A stretch of 64,000 nt of DNA from Podarcis tiliguerta. Its lineage: Eukaryota. The DNA lies in the NCBI GenBank assembly GCA_965153285.1, contig OZ229118.1, one strand, 5' to 3'. The notes beneath the pieces are model-generated. The model searched no databases and had not been told where the DNA came from. It worked only from the letters and a program-made list of their open reading frames with translations. The position numbers and the translations under genes are program-made. Of this stretch, positions 1-13,400 are shown one piece after another (within the stretch, counting starts at the first letter, position 1; each line of letters opens with the position of its first letter).

Positions 1-443
1 TAGGGTCAAGAGCTGGATTAATACCACTATGGTTTTCCAGAAGAGGCTCAGAGCTCAGTCATGTTGCCATTACTGATCTTTGTCAGCACCATTTACTAAA
101 GCATTTCCCCTCAACCTGCTATAAAAAAGAGGCACATCTTAGTTAACAATTTTAATTGGCTCCATTTTGTCAGAGGCTTGTTGCAAACTCATCTGAGTAT
201 TATTCCTGCTCGCATTTGAAAGCGTGATAAAGTGGCATTTGAGTAATATGCTTGTTACAGGAGAACGGCCATCATGCTGGATGACATCCATTGGTGCCCT
301 TTGCACTGCTGGAGAATGGTGTCGGAACAGAAACTAGACAATGAACCAGTTGGGTAATCAAAAAAGTCTTTCTCTTTCAGCTGATACTTAGAAGGTTTCG
401 CTTTACTACTTCACTTTCCTTGCAAAATCTGCTAGAGTAATTA

Positions 444-878
444 CCGTATTTTTCGTCCCATAGGACGTGCCGTCCCATAGGATGCACCTAGTTTTTTTTT
501 GGGGGGGGGGGAATAAAGGAAAAACCAAACCAGGTCAGGGAACAGCGGGATGGCGGCGCTGCGCCTCCCTGCTGTCCCCCGAGCTTGTGGGGCTGGCCGA
601 TGTCTGCCCGAAGCGTGTGGCGCTCTGCTTCAGCGCGCCCCGCGCTCCGTGCAGCAGGCTGCTATCCGCAGCCTAGGGAGCCCTGCGGGAACTCCTGCGG
701 GCTCCCCAGGCTTGCTGATAGCTTCCTGAAGCCTGGAGAGCAAGAGGGGTCAGTGTGCACCGACCCCTCTCGCTCTCCAAGCTTCAGCGAAAGCCTGTAT
801 TCACCCCATAGGACGCACACAGATTTCCCCTTCATTTTTGGAGGGGGAAAAGTGCATCCTATAGGGCGAAAAATATGG
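444..878. mobile_element. Non-autonomous Tc1/mariner (Tc2/pogo-like) MITE
   Basis: TIRs CCGTATTTTTCGTCCCATAGGA / TCCTATAGGGCGAAAAATATGG, TA on both sides (442-443, 879-880), CpG-rich interior, no transposase. Confidence 0.85.
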
Positions 879-2544
879 TAATGCTCAGATGGGACTATGG
901 ATGCCCTGGGTTAAAATAAAATAAAAAATATTGTGCCAACGAAAGCTGAATTCTGTGACATTTATAAATTATGCAAAGTAAGAAAATTTGCATATATCTG
1001 TTTGATTTGCATCATTTAATCTGACCTGCCACTCATTTGAATGAACAAAGGGTTATTCACGTCACCAGAACTACCTCCTGACCACCTTGGCTAGGGAATC
1101 TCACCTTGGCTAGGTCCTGAGATTTTATTATAGGCATTGCAAATTTAAATCTAGCTCTGCAGCCAGGAGCTTGCATCCTCCACAATGAATGGGTTACTTT
1201 GAAAATTGCGGTTATACTCCAAAATCTTAACTGAATTGGTTAGGAATAAAGCATTTCCCATCCTCTCATACAATGGAATGAGTCTTATGGTTGCATTCCT
1301 AATTTGGAGGGTTCATGCAAACCACCACAAATTATATCTTAATCAAACCAGGTTGTAAGTCATTAAATCAAGCACTCACTGGGTGGGGGATAGTCAAAGC
1401 ACAAAGTTTGGAGAATCAGAAAAATCATGCCTGAACAATCTGTTAGGACACTCCCAGACTGCCATTATTTTGGGGGCAGGGTGGGGAGGGGCATGGCAGG
1501 GTGTCAACCACATACCGACAAATTCAGATTGGGAGATTAAAGTTCATTTGGAGTTCTTGGGCAACAAACCCATTCTGTGCCCCAAATTGCACTTTTTGCC
1601 ATAAAGCAAGTGAAGGGGGAATGCCCTGGGAGGTGTGGAGTAAAATTTACTTGACACAACAACACTTAACCCCCCCTTACAAATAAATCAGAATGAATGT
1701 TTAATAAATAGCTGATATCTTCAACTCTCCCTGCAAACCAAACAGGATGAATGTTCAGAAGACAGGTTGCCTACAAGCAAGCAAGCTTAGTTTTAAAAGT
1801 GTTTAGAAAAGTTTATTAACTTTAAAAAAAATACTCAGAAGTATGCAGAATAATCTACAACTGGATTTTTGCAGAGACATCTTTTGAATAATAATAATAA
1901 TAATAAATAGCACAAATGAACACCAGTAACAATCCTAAGAAAACCCAAAATGTAACACCAGATATCTTCAATCTCTTTTCTCTGCTCCCTAATGCACTGC
2001 TCCATCACCTCTTCTATATTCTTATAAAGAAGTCTGCCGCTTACTGGTTTGCTGCTATTCTCCACCCAAGTTGCTGAGGGATTGTACCAACAAGGGGGAC
2101 AAGGTATCAACCAGAGCTCTCCATGGTGTCAATCTCTGCTCAAAACAAAGGATCTCTCTTGCTACCTCCCTGAGCAAGCATTAGAGTGTGAAGGACACTC
2201 CACTGGTTCCACCTGGGAATTGCAAACTTCGCCTCAGTTGTTCTGCTAGTATCTGGAACTCCTTACACAGAGTTGGAAGCATAAAGTTTGATTCTTTTCT
2301 AAAAATAAAGAAATCTCACAATTATATTTCAAAAGCAAACTTCTTATCATCCCTGGAGATGAGAAGTAAACAAGTGGCAAAAAAAACCCCTTGGGGTCAG
2401 ATTGGATCACTCTATAAACATGCTGACCCAGTGCGCTGCAGCTTCAAACAAGGCAAATTCCATGTTAGGGATCATTAGAAAGGAACTGACAAAGAACTGC
2501 CAGCATCACAATGTCTTAAAAAAAATATGTGGTGCGATCATGCT

Positions 2545-2710
2545 TGAACCCTGTGCACATTTCTGGTTGTCTCAACTCTAAAAGACCATGGTATGGGGAA
2601 AGACAATATGGAGAACTTTTTATTCCCCTCTCATAATATTATAACTTGGGGATGTCTAATAAAACTGAACAGTGAGAGATTCAGGAGGGCAAGGGGGGAA
2701 CTATCTGCTT
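2545..2710 (+). mobile_element. Degraded CR1 LINE fragment
   Basis: Resembles the CR1 ORF2 3' region (ctctcataatattataacttggggatgtctaataaaactgaacagtgagagattcagg); boundaries approximate. Confidence 0.5.
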
Positions 2711-3120
2711 TCTCCATGCATAATTTTATAACCCACCCCTGATTTATATCCTGGGGTCAACAGAACTTAGCCAGCCTGGGAAGCCAGCCAAAACATGTGC
2801 TCAACTCCTGCCCACTCCTGCAGAGGGAAGGGGCAGGGTCCTCTGGCATTATGCTGAGCTCAAGGCCCAATGTTATTGGGGTGGGCATGGCAGAGGGTAA
2901 ACCCCTGACCACTTCCACAGGAAAGCAGAGGCATGGGAGCCCATCCCCATTGCACGAAGCCTCAACCATTCAGAAATCATCAAGAAGTTTCTTAAGTTTC
3001 CAATGCTGCATTCAGACATGGGTGTATATTTGAAGGGGAAAATGGTGCAAGCAGATTTGCACACTATCTGAGACGGAGGGAGAGGAGCTTGTGCAAAGAA
3101 TTAATGCAGCTGCAATTGCA

Positions 3121-3257
3121 TTGCTTTTTTTCTGTGGGACGCTGGGGTATGCATACCCCTAAACATTTTGTGAATCTAAGTTTGGCCTCATTGGGGGGCG
3201 GTATTTCAATATGAGTAGGAAAATGAGAGCACTCCTAAACATTTCTGAAGAAAAAAA
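3121..3257. mobile_element. Short MITE-like repeat remnant
   Basis: gctttttttc...gaagaaaaaaa ends and an internally repeated cctaaacattt; similar layout to 54863-54997. Confidence 0.4.
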
Positions 3258-3907
3258 TGTATGTATGTATGCATGCATGTATGTAAAAAAGCAAATGCTT
3301 CCACCTCATTAAAATGTATGAACTTCTCTGTGCTGAATTCCTGCACTGTTCCAGTAAAACCTCGTTTGTTGCGTTAAAAAGGAAGGAAGCAATACAAGCA
3401 TGCGCACAGACACAGGCCTTAAATATAAATAGGTTTCAATATGTTGAACAGTCACAATGGATTTAGAATCACTATGGTAGGCAGATGGGTCAGTTTTCTA
3501 CTTTCTGCCCACTCTCTCAGTACAGGGTGAATTCATTGCTGGTTTGGACCTTGATGTACAGGCCGGAGATGCTAAACACATGGGCTTCATTCACCATTTT
3601 CTACCCACTTGAAGTCTTTTTGAAAATGTTCCCATGGGTACAAACAAATAGGGACATTTTATCTGAATGAATCTTCTTGCCCAAAGCAAGATGGATCGCC
3701 ACCAAATAAAGACAGGCAGGGGCTATTTCATGAGAAGAAGGGTGTGAAAAGAGGTCGTACTGAACTTTTACAATTCCTATCCCAGCTCTTTCTCCTCAAG
3801 CGTTTCCCCTCAGATTGCTTTTTTACCAAAATGGGATCTGCTGGGGTGTGTGTGTGTGTGGAAAGGCTCAGGGGAAGGTTGGGGGTGAGATACTAGTACA
3901 GGCATTA

Positions 3908-4141
3908 AGGTAAAGGGTAAAGGTAAGGGACCCCTGGATGGTTAAGTCCAGTCAAAGGCAACTATGGGGTTGAAGCACTCACCTCGCTTTCAGGTTGAGG
4001 GAGCCGGCGTTTGCTCGCAGACAGCTTTCCAGGTCATGTGGCCAGCATGACTAAACTGCTTCTGGCACAATGGGACACCGTGACAGAAACCAGAGCGGAA
4101 GGAAACAGTTTACCTTCCCATCGTGGTGGTACCTATTTATT
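3908..4141 (-). mobile_element. Sauria (POM-type) SINE, 5'-truncated, older subfamily
   Basis: Reverse-complement (ACCTTT)n tail (aaggtaaagggtaaaggt) followed by the gggacccctg...ggtcatgtggccagcatgact...ggtacctatttat body, shared with the 9948 copy. Confidence 0.85.
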
Positions 4142-4332
4142 GCATCCCTAGTACAGGAAGTATTGCCCTTCTTGTCCACCACTTCCCCCCTTTAAAGCAC
4201 CCCTGGCACATATTCCCTTAACACCAGTTCTGCATGACCTATGTTCTAACATGGGTTATGGTTGAAACTCTTATACACTGATACATTGCAGAGATGTGAA
4301 GTCTTTGGCTTGGACCCTCAGTTGATCCTTCA

Positions 4333-4355
4333 CTCACTCACTCACTCACTCACTC
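4333..4355. repeat. (ACTC)n microsatellite
   Basis: Direct tandem repeat. Confidence 0.9.
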
Positions 4356-4738
4356 AAAGATGGGTCCGTTTTTTACTTTCTGCCCTCTGTCTCCTACAAC
4401 TGCCCACCACTTGCTATTTCCCATACCATTCCCAAGGGCCACCCAGTTTCCAGAGCAGATTTTGGGATAGGGTGGGGTAACATGAGTCCGCAAAGGGAGG
4501 AGGCAGCAGCAGGAAAGGCATCTCCCATGAAAGTGTCCCACTCACTGAAATAAAGGCTGGATCCAAGCCATTGTTTTTAATGCAAGAACTTGTGCAGTCC
4601 TGCACAGAAGTGAATTCCAGGCCATCCTAGCTTTCACCGAAGCATTACCTTAAACTATTCATGTTTTGCACAACTGTTCAGAAGTGCTAGAGTAATGCCA
4701 ATGTGTTCCCCGAAAGTCTAGAAGCAGCCATTCTGAGA

Positions 4739-4740
<2 letters not shown>

Positions 4741-4775
<35 letters not shown>

Positions 4776-4780
4776 TGTGT
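4741..4780. repeat. (GT)n microsatellite
   Basis: Direct tandem repeat with one interruption. Confidence 0.95.
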
Positions 4781-5099
4781 AAAAATATCACCCACCGCCT
4801 TCACTGGCCACTGCAAAAGGAAAGTAAAGAGGAGTTTTGCTCTTACTGGCTGGTGACTCATAGCCTGATGCTGCTTTGGTTGGAATCCTGTTATTTTATT
4901 ATCACCATATTTACAACTACCCAGGGAAAGCGCTATCACAGCTTTGTGGCTTTCACAAGCAGCTGTCCTACTGTGCCCCTGCAGCCAGCAAGCCAACGCC
5001 AACCCTAAGTGCTAGGCTTTTTACAGCAATTCCACATCTAACCTGAGAGATATGGAGCATGTTGAGTCATGCATTGAGCTAAAGAGATATTAGCTAATT

Positions 5100-5497
5100 G
5101 AAACGGTACCACCTGAGCTCTGAGTGGTAGCCATTATAATTGCTCTCGGCTCTCCCCTCTCCCTTTCTCCCTCATCTGTCTGTTCCATCTTCGGCTCTTT
5201 TTTTGTTGTTGCTCTCGGCTCCTCCCAAATCCATATATTTTGCCTCTTTTCACGCCAAAAAAGCACTGTCTGGTTTCTAACAGCTCCTGAACGATTAAAG
5301 CCGAACCAACAACAAAGCAAAGGTGTCATGAAGACCTATTATTTGTGCCATGCGTGGTGCTCTTTCCTTCGGTTCACAGCCCCACCTCTATGCAGGTATC
5401 TCCCCCTCTCCTTCCTCACAGTGGAATAAGGGGGCTAATGACCTCCACCAGCTGAGCTACCTGAAGTGGTGCACAGCCAGAAAGGGTTATTTCTCTG

Positions 5498-5531
<34 letters not shown>

Positions 5532-6340
5532 CCCTCCCCACCCTCTGCCTAAGAAGCAGTTTTCTCTCACAGAGCAATTACCACGAATGATTTATGTGAC
5601 CAGTCAAGAAGGCCTGGCAAGGTTCTTATTTCATCTATGAAAGAAAGAAAGGAAGGAAGAAGAAGGGAGGAAAAAGGAACTCTGCTGGAATTTTATCAGG
5701 GAGCTCAGATTAAATTGACAGCTGCCTTTGGTTTTGTTCTTGGAAGCCCTTCTCTTTTGGAGGTATGCAGTCTGTTTGGAAATGGGAAAAGAACAAGGAG
5801 TTTACTTCTTTTAAAATGAAAACACCCCTTTCCAAAAGAGAGAGAGAAATCTATCCTTCTTCCTTGACTTTTTTCCCCACACGCATTTTAAGGGGAGCTG
5901 TTTTTTAAAAAGCCGACAACTGAGAACGATCCTGGAGCCCATCAGCCCGAAAGAACATTTTCTTTCACTCGACTGGAGCCACCAAGGCAACAGCTTTGAC
6001 TCTCTGGTACCAGTAGTGTCGGTTAAGGGCCGGGGGAAGGAGAATGATGCAGCCTCTGTCTGGGCGAGAGAACAATCCCTGAATTCAGTTTGAAAACGCA
6101 ACTTCAGACCACCACACAAGGAGAGAGGCAGACAGACTCCGCCACAGAGACAAACAGGAGCAGGAACGCAGAGAGACAGATAGGCTGAACACACACAGCC
6201 TCGCTTTGAGGCACTCAAAACCCTGCCTACAGAGATACACAAAGGCAGAAACGGCTAGGCAGAAATCCAAACACAGAGAGGGATAGAGAGAAGTCAGCGT
6301 TGTTGTACTAGCCCGAAATGTGCCAACAGGCTTCTCACAC
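5100..6340. promoter_or_regulatory. Putative regulatory or alternative-promoter region
   Basis: No recognisable TE, CpG modestly raised over background, purine/pyrimidine tracts and CT/AC microsatellites; AP-1 sites at 4854 and 5063 just upstream. Inference only. Confidence 0.3.
5491..5531. repeat. (CT)n microsatellite
   Basis: Direct tandem repeat. Confidence 0.9.
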
Positions 6341-6373
6341 ACACACAGCCAAAACCTACTTCCAACCTTCCTT

Positions 6374-6401
<28 letters not shown>
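6374..6401. repeat. (AC)n microsatellite
   Basis: Direct tandem repeat. Confidence 0.95.
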
Positions 6402-6405
<4 letters not shown>

Positions 6406-6893
6406 AAGGAATCCAAAGCACCATTTATACAGCCAGACACTACAGGTGCTATGCCACCTTTGAGACTTCTTCTGCACTGGGGGCAGGTTTATGCCCTCTA
6501 ATTTTGATTTTCTTTGGCAACATATGGGGGGTTACAGAATTTCCCAGATTGATCCTACTAGAAATTTATAAATCACTACTGAAGAAAAATATAATGCCAC
6601 TGCTATTTGCACACCATTAGTGGTCTTTAATTATGCAGCAGTGGCGTAAGGAAGTACCCATTTTTAAAGGATTTGTCTTTTTACTCAGAACTAGGTGTGT
6701 GTGTGTGTAAGGGGGTGTCATTCAGTTTGCATTTTCATATGAACCTACTTAATTTGCACTTCCTCAACCGATAGGGCAAATGAAACACAAATTACCCTTC
6801 AATACACAAACTTCTCCAAAGTTTTCCAACCAAGAAGTGTGCTTAAAAAACTAAGCACATATTAGTGAAAACAATATACAAAGCTACAATATA

Positions 6894-7066
6894 CAAAGGT
6901 ACCTCAGGTTAAGTACTTAATTCATTCCGGAGGTCCGTTCTTAACCTGAAAATGTTCTTCACCTGAAGCACCACTTTAGCTAATGGGGCCTCCCGCTGCT
7001 ACTGCCGCGCGATTTCTGTTCTCATCCTGAAGCAAAGTTCTTAACCCGAGGTAATATTTCTAGGTT
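6894..7066. mobile_element. Tigger-like MITE, truncated
   Basis: Reverse complement of the 16894-17119 family (ggtacctcaggttaagtacttaattcattccggagg...); only one end retained. Confidence 0.8.
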
Positions 7067-9251
7067 CATAATCACTTAAAATAGAAACTGTATTATTGCA
7101 ATAAGCTATGTGAGTAGGTGATGATCTCCAGCCGCCCCCACAAAAAAAGGTTACAGATAGGGAATGGTAGCTATGGGATAATGCCTTGTCGAAGGTCTAT
7201 ACAGTATAGCTAAGAAAGGTTCATATTCACAACTAATTCAGTAGATCACACTGACTGCCATCAAAGCAGAATTATGATCTCTCTCTCATAATGTCAAAAG
7301 ATCAGGGTAATCAAATCACGAACCTCCCAGGACCACAGGTACTAAACCTTAACGGGAAGGTTAATTCGTTCCACAATCAACAGCATGTATGACAACAAAA
7401 TGCTCTATACAGTCATAGCTTCTTGCTGTTGGTCTTCAAGGCTTGGAAAGTATAAATTCCTTAATGCTGGTATCCATATTTAGCAGCTAGCACTGTGTTT
7501 TAAGGCAATAGCTGGGGAAAGAAAACCCAACAGGTCAGACATTTGCAATATTTTCAATACTGGAAATATTAGTAATCATTTATGAATCATACTTTTCCTA
7601 TTCATTGTTCTTATGAAAAGGTTCAAGTATTCTTGTTTTATTGGTAAGGAATTGAAGTTGACAGTGGCAGCCACCTACTAAGTCCATGGTTCAACAGCCA
7701 AATAAAACAGGACCCTAACCCAGATTTTAGGAAAACAGGTAACAGCAACGAGCTAAATGTTAGAAACAGATTGTTATTAAATGGATGGTTAGAACAACTC
7801 TCATCCTTTGGGAGGGGGCTGTGTTACATTTGTGATCCCCTTCCCCCCTTTCTAATCCTTAAAAAGGAGCGAAGATGTAAGGCCCAGAAAGTGTGAGTCA
7901 TACAGCAGGAAAATCAGTTGGGGGAGGAGGAGGAGATCTAGATAAAAATAGAGAGACATGTTGATTGCATTGTTACTGCTTCAATTAAACTCAGACGCAC
8001 CAGCTTGATGAGTCATCAGCAATGACAAGGGGGCACTGAAAACAAGGGACTGAAACATATAACCAGTTGCCAACCCCATTAAATCCAGAGACAGAGGGGG
8101 AAGCCAGCAGTAAACTCCCAAGTCAGTAGGCTACAGTCAGATGAGAAAAAGTCAGAGATCCGATGTGATCCCAGAGCCCATGTTTTCAAACAAGGGAAAA
8201 CAAAGGGGGTGGGGAGAGCAAAGGGTAAGGATGGCACTGAAAGACCTACTGCCTTTCTTTAAGAACAAACATTTTGAGAACCATTGATAAATCACCGATA
8301 ATGCTTAACACACCAAATGGAATTCAAGGGAATCTAATCATAACCTGTTAAAGAGGTGAAAAGGACAATTAATGAAATCAATGGAGGTTGTGAGTGCACA
8401 GCTGGCTTCAGTGTAATGCACCTCTAAGGCCTGAAGGAGAAAGTCCAAGCACAAAGAACAGTTTGCAAGAAATTGGGGTATGAACTACAAATCTGTATTT
8501 GGAATTATATACAGTGCAAAGGCCCATGGATTTTTATATTCTTAAAAAGGGCAAAAAGTAGCAAGCGAGGAAGTGCAGTTTAAACATCCATGCAAATATT
8601 CCAAAGAATACATTTTGCTGGCACATAACTAAGCATGAAAAACGGAGGCTCAGGTAAGTCTTACCCACAGCAAAATTTGCTAGGTCTCCAAATTCACCAG
8701 AGAGTAAAGAAAACCCTGAGGAAGGCAGCATAATCTGCAACCAGAATAACAGATTGAGGCTGCACTGCAGTCCACAAGATTGGTTCTCTTGATATATGGT
8801 AGCAGCTTTGTAACAAGATTTAACATAAATAAAAACCTATTTTGTAGGGTACCCCATCTTGAGTCTCAAAGCCCTCCAGCCAGCCCACAAAAACAAACAG
8901 CAGAAACCAAAGGATGCTCAGGGTTTAGACCAGCAGAAGAGTAAATAGGTTATTGGACACAATGACTCATAAACAACAACAAACGCGAGTGGTGTAGAAT
9001 TCGGGAGAAAATTATCTTACAAGCAGACGATGGAGTCTGCTCATTCCATCAAAACCATTGTACAATGCCTGCCAGATGGAGAAACACTGACTGGAATAAT
9101 GTATGTTTCAAGCCCCCTACAGATATACTAACAGCACAGAGACTTCTACAATTGCAGCAGCATATATTTCAGCTCAGGAATAATTTCTGAATAGGTGTGG
9201 CTGGACCTATTAATCATTTCCTGGGGACAGTTGGAGACATTACATAGAGGA

Positions 9252-9421
9252 GGGGCTGTAGCTTAATGGCAGAGCCCACCCTTGATGTGAAAGAAGGTCA
9301 CAGGATCAAACCTTGGCATTTTCTGAGGGGAAGTACCACTTTCCGTCGAAAGATTTTGGAAAGCTGCCAGCTAATACTGAGATGGACCAATAGTGACCCG
9401 CTTATAAGGCGACTTCCTGTG
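9252..9421 (+). mobile_element. tRNA-derived SINE (Squam2-like, tentative)
   Basis: tRNA-like head ggggctgtagcttaatggcagagc with a degenerate B box and tail gatggaccaatagtgacccgcttataaggcgacttcctg; related copies at 14442, 24738 and 40763. Confidence 0.65.
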
Positions 9422-9947
9422 AAGCAAGGCTCTGGTTGTGAGTGTATACTAGTGAGTACAAATGTACATAATATGAGTTGTGAAGCTGCACTCACCACAT
9501 CTGGTTCAAAAGCACATTTTTTCTTTCCAGGGCTGAGCTTGGAGGAAAACAGTTCTGCAAGTTTGCAGCAGAAGTGGGCTGTGCACAGTATTGTTTGGAT
9601 GCAACCAGTGTAGTCACAGGAAACACCTCCTCTCCTCTCTAGAGAAGGTTTTCAACCATGTTAAGATTGTGTTCTGGTTGGTTTTTTATATGAAGGGCTA
9701 ATACACAGCACTGCCCCAGAGGAGGAAAGCAAGAAAAGACTGCTTCTCTTCCTCCTTGTTCTTGTCACCACTGCTCACTTGTTTGGAGACAGCAGCAACA
9801 TAAAGGGGAAACAGTAGGGCTAGGGGGCTCTCAGTAAGGGGCCCCTGCGCAGGACAATGCCTGACACCAGAATTAGCAGCAATGCAGTTTAAGTGTTTCA
9901 TATAAATATAAAGCAAGAAGAACAATTTATGAGATGTATGAATGCTT

Positions 9948-10280
9948 AAAGGTAAAGGGACCCCTGACCATTAGGTCCAGTTGTGGCTGACTCTGGGGTT
10001 GCGGCGCTCATCTCGCTTTATTGGCCGAGGGGGCCGGCGTACAGCTTCCAGGTCATGTGGCTAGCATGACTAAGCCGCTTCTGGCGAACCAGAGCAGCGC
10101 ACGGAAACGCCGTTTATCTTCCCGCTGGAGTGGTACCTATTTATCTACTTGCACTTTGACGTGTTTTCGAACTGCTAGGTTGGCAGGAGCAGGGACCGAG
10201 CAATGGGAGCTCACCCCGTTGTGGGGATTCGAACCGCCGACCTTCTGATCGGCAAGTCCTAGGCTCTGTGGTTTAACCCA
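9948..10280 (-). mobile_element. Sauria (POM-type) SINE, near full length
   Basis: aaaggtaaagggacccctg tail; B box on the minus strand (ggattcgaacc on +); Sauria SINE body. Confidence 0.92.
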
Positions 10281-10342
10281 GAGAAGCAACCTAAAAGGAT
10301 GTTTAGCCAGGAATTATAAAGGTCATGCCTTGCCATTTAAAC

Positions 10343-10480
10343 CAGTGATGGGGAACTTGTGGCCCTCTGGGTGTTGTTGAACTACAACTCCCAGCATCCC
10401 TGGACTGTTGGCTATCAGGTTAGAATTGATGGGGCCTGGATACTGACAACATCTGCAGGGCCACAGTTTTCCCCCTCTTG
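10343..10480. mobile_element. hAT MITE (actacaactcccagc family)
   Basis: Degenerate CAG..GGGGAAC TIRs and an 8-bp TSD atttaaac/attttaac with one mismatch. Confidence 0.75.
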
Positions 10481-13400
10481 ATTTTAACTTTGCTTGCAGG
10501 CGTACCAAGATAGCACTCCTTTAGTGGGTGAAATTCTGTACAACCCTTGGGACACAGTAATCATTACCTTAGATTTGAAGTTGTTAGGAAAGGAAAAAGA
10601 CTTGGCAAAGGATGAGAGCAAATGAACTTTGAAAGTCCTCAGACTCACTGTTTGCACATACACGGTTCTGTATCCAAGGTTCACAGTCTTTCTGGTAGCT
10701 ATTCAACAAAACATTTACTCTGCCAATTGGGACTGCATTCATTAAACCTATGTTTAGTTTGTAAGTATCAGAGCAGGCTGTTCAAATAAATAACCTACCA
10801 AATTGTTTCCCTTCCCCCTTTTAATGCTATCTTTTGCTATTTATGATGATGTGAGACTCATTCACACTGAAGGGTGGGAAGATGCTGTGCCACCTGTCAG
10901 GAAGAATATTTGGGAAGAGGTCCATATCCTTTGGCCCACTGCATGAGGATCATGCCATATATGGTATAGCGAGGTAATTTAAGTTATTTTGCAGCATTTG
11001 CTATGATTCCCAGCCACAATACATTTAAAGCAGTATAGTGTGGCACATCCTCTTACCTGTGGTGGGAACATAGATCCAGGCACTCATTAAAGAGCCTGTT
11101 TCCTTAGAGCAGGGAGGACTAGCAATTTGCCAGTGTACAACAGTACAAAGATCTGTACAGCAGCAAGTTTGCAGCAACAATGACCTATCTCCTAAAAACC
11201 CAAGCCAAACAGTGAATACAAAACTGATTCATAGTATGTAAGTATCTTAGCAACAAGCCAGGTAAAATGCCTTTGGACCCAACTCTCTGTAAGAAGGTGT
11301 GATTTCCCTGCTCATTCTGTGTGACTTTAGGACAAATGGTTTCGAGTGCAAGCCCACCCAACATTAATTAAGATATTGGGTCCATCATGTTCAAGAGTAA
11401 AGAGCTGTCCACTCTGCTTAGCAAAAAACCCCCACAGTTTATGATGCCACAATCTAGGGCAAGGAGTGAGAGAGAAATAACCTATCGTAGCAAATGAAAG
11501 TTGCAGGACATCCCTACACAGATATATGTGTTTTACCTAAACGTCAAGTACAGTATAGTTTCTCATGGTATGCTCAGCTTGCTTATGGATCCTGAATAAC
11601 AGGGCCTACTTGCCACTAGTACCTCTTTGGGACATTATACTCTACAAATCCAGGTTCAGACATAATGGATTATGATTATAAATGAGCTTCAGAGCTCTCT
11701 CCATGCTCCATGGGCTAATTTGCTCCCTCGGATCATGGTTTCCATAAACCTTTGCTTCCATCCAGAACTGAACCATGGTTTCCAATTTAAAATTTGGAGA
11801 CATGCTATATTTTCCTACTTTGGATATCAGGGCAGATTATGGCCTGCTCAGATGAGAAAAGGAAGTTGGAATTGCGGTGCATGAGGGCAAGAGAGGAGCG
11901 GGAAGCTTGCATGCCCAAACCTCATTCATGACAAAGTATTGGCTATCGTCTTTGTAGTGTGTGCCATTTCAGTCCCAAGTATGACATTCACTTCTCTCTT
12001 TTGATGTAACCACAAATTATGTAAACATGCTGGAAGCCACAACCAATCTGACAACTTTGCTAAGGGCGTATGCCATTGTATTCCATGTAAAGTATGAAAA
12101 TGACAGCACATTGGAAAGGAGATTTTGGGTGAACATATGAATGTGCTAATTCATGTTTCTTCAGGTACAATGAGATATAAATTTAGACTTCATATTTAAT
12201 ATCACAGAAATTTCCTTGGTGAGTTATGTATGACTTACTACCATGTCACATTATGAATTCCTTGCCTTCTTAACAAGCCAGTTCACACATCACCTTTCTG
12301 GGCTGTTTATCTGCTCTCTACTAGGCAACAGACCATGGCTACAGATCATGGTTTGTTGGGAGTAAAACAAATAATGACCCCTGGTTTGGATGTCATGCTA
12401 ATTCAGGGATTATGGCTTGTTCCTTCCGCATGCTAGCTGGGAGGTGCAGTATAGTATAGTAATGGAGGAAACCATTAACTATGGTTTACCGTGACATGAA
12501 TGGGGCTACTGTAAAACAAGCAGAATAACTGGAGGGTATGAGAATACTGAAGGATGTATGAATGAAGTGAGACACCCCCATTCCAGTCCTCAGTCAGCCC
12601 TGTAGGGGTCATCTAATCAAGAACACCCCAATTAGTGAAAGGTGGCCAAGAAGGCATCCCAGAGAAGCCTCTATCCCCAACAGGTACTTCAACATCATTA
12701 GCAGTTCACTTTCTTAAACCTTCCGGCAGGCCCCTAGGCTTATCCCCTCATGCAAAGCATCTCAGCCCTCCCCCTTTGTGTCTGCTCATCAAATTAATGA
12801 AGCACATCTAGAGTGAAAGGTCTTGGAGTAGAAGAGAGCAGCTTAACAGTGATTCGACACAATCCCCTTTCCTGGCTCTGCCTCCTCCTTCTCTTTGTTA
12901 TAATATAAAGAAAGCACAACTTCCTCTCTCAAATGAGGTGGGGGAAGGGTAATAAGAGGAAGCCTAGTTATTCCCTGCAGAAGGAGATGTCTGTTTACGT
13001 TCTCTGACAGATTATTTGCATATTAAAAATGCCTGGCTCCTTTGCGGCCAAGGTTTTACCAGTGCCACATTTCCAACAGAGCACAGACTATCAACTCTCA
13101 ACTTCAGGTAGCTTTGACCTTCCTCTTTCAATGCTCCTTTCAGGTCAATGGAGCATGCTTGGAACCCAACCACATGACCCCCCCCCATACCCACACATGC
13201 AGAGAGATTCTCAAAGGTCTTTGGTGGGGGTGAGTGCAATCTGTGCTGAAAGGGACGGGTGCCTCTTGTACAGACTGCTTTGACAAAATATAGAAATGGC
13301 AACGAAGCCCCATTAGGGATTTTCCATTCACTGATATCTGGAGAGGCAATTTCGACTTTTCAGAAGAAACACATAAACATCTCTTATCACATCACTGACC

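Noticed and set aside
261-353. 93-nt plus-strand exon-like segment (ag|...|gtaatc)
   Set aside because: One open frame only and no recognisable product; could be a pseudo-exon.
5811-6242. 143-aa minus-strand ORF
   Set aside because: Low-complexity CT/GT-derived translation (C/L/S/V-rich); not coding-like.
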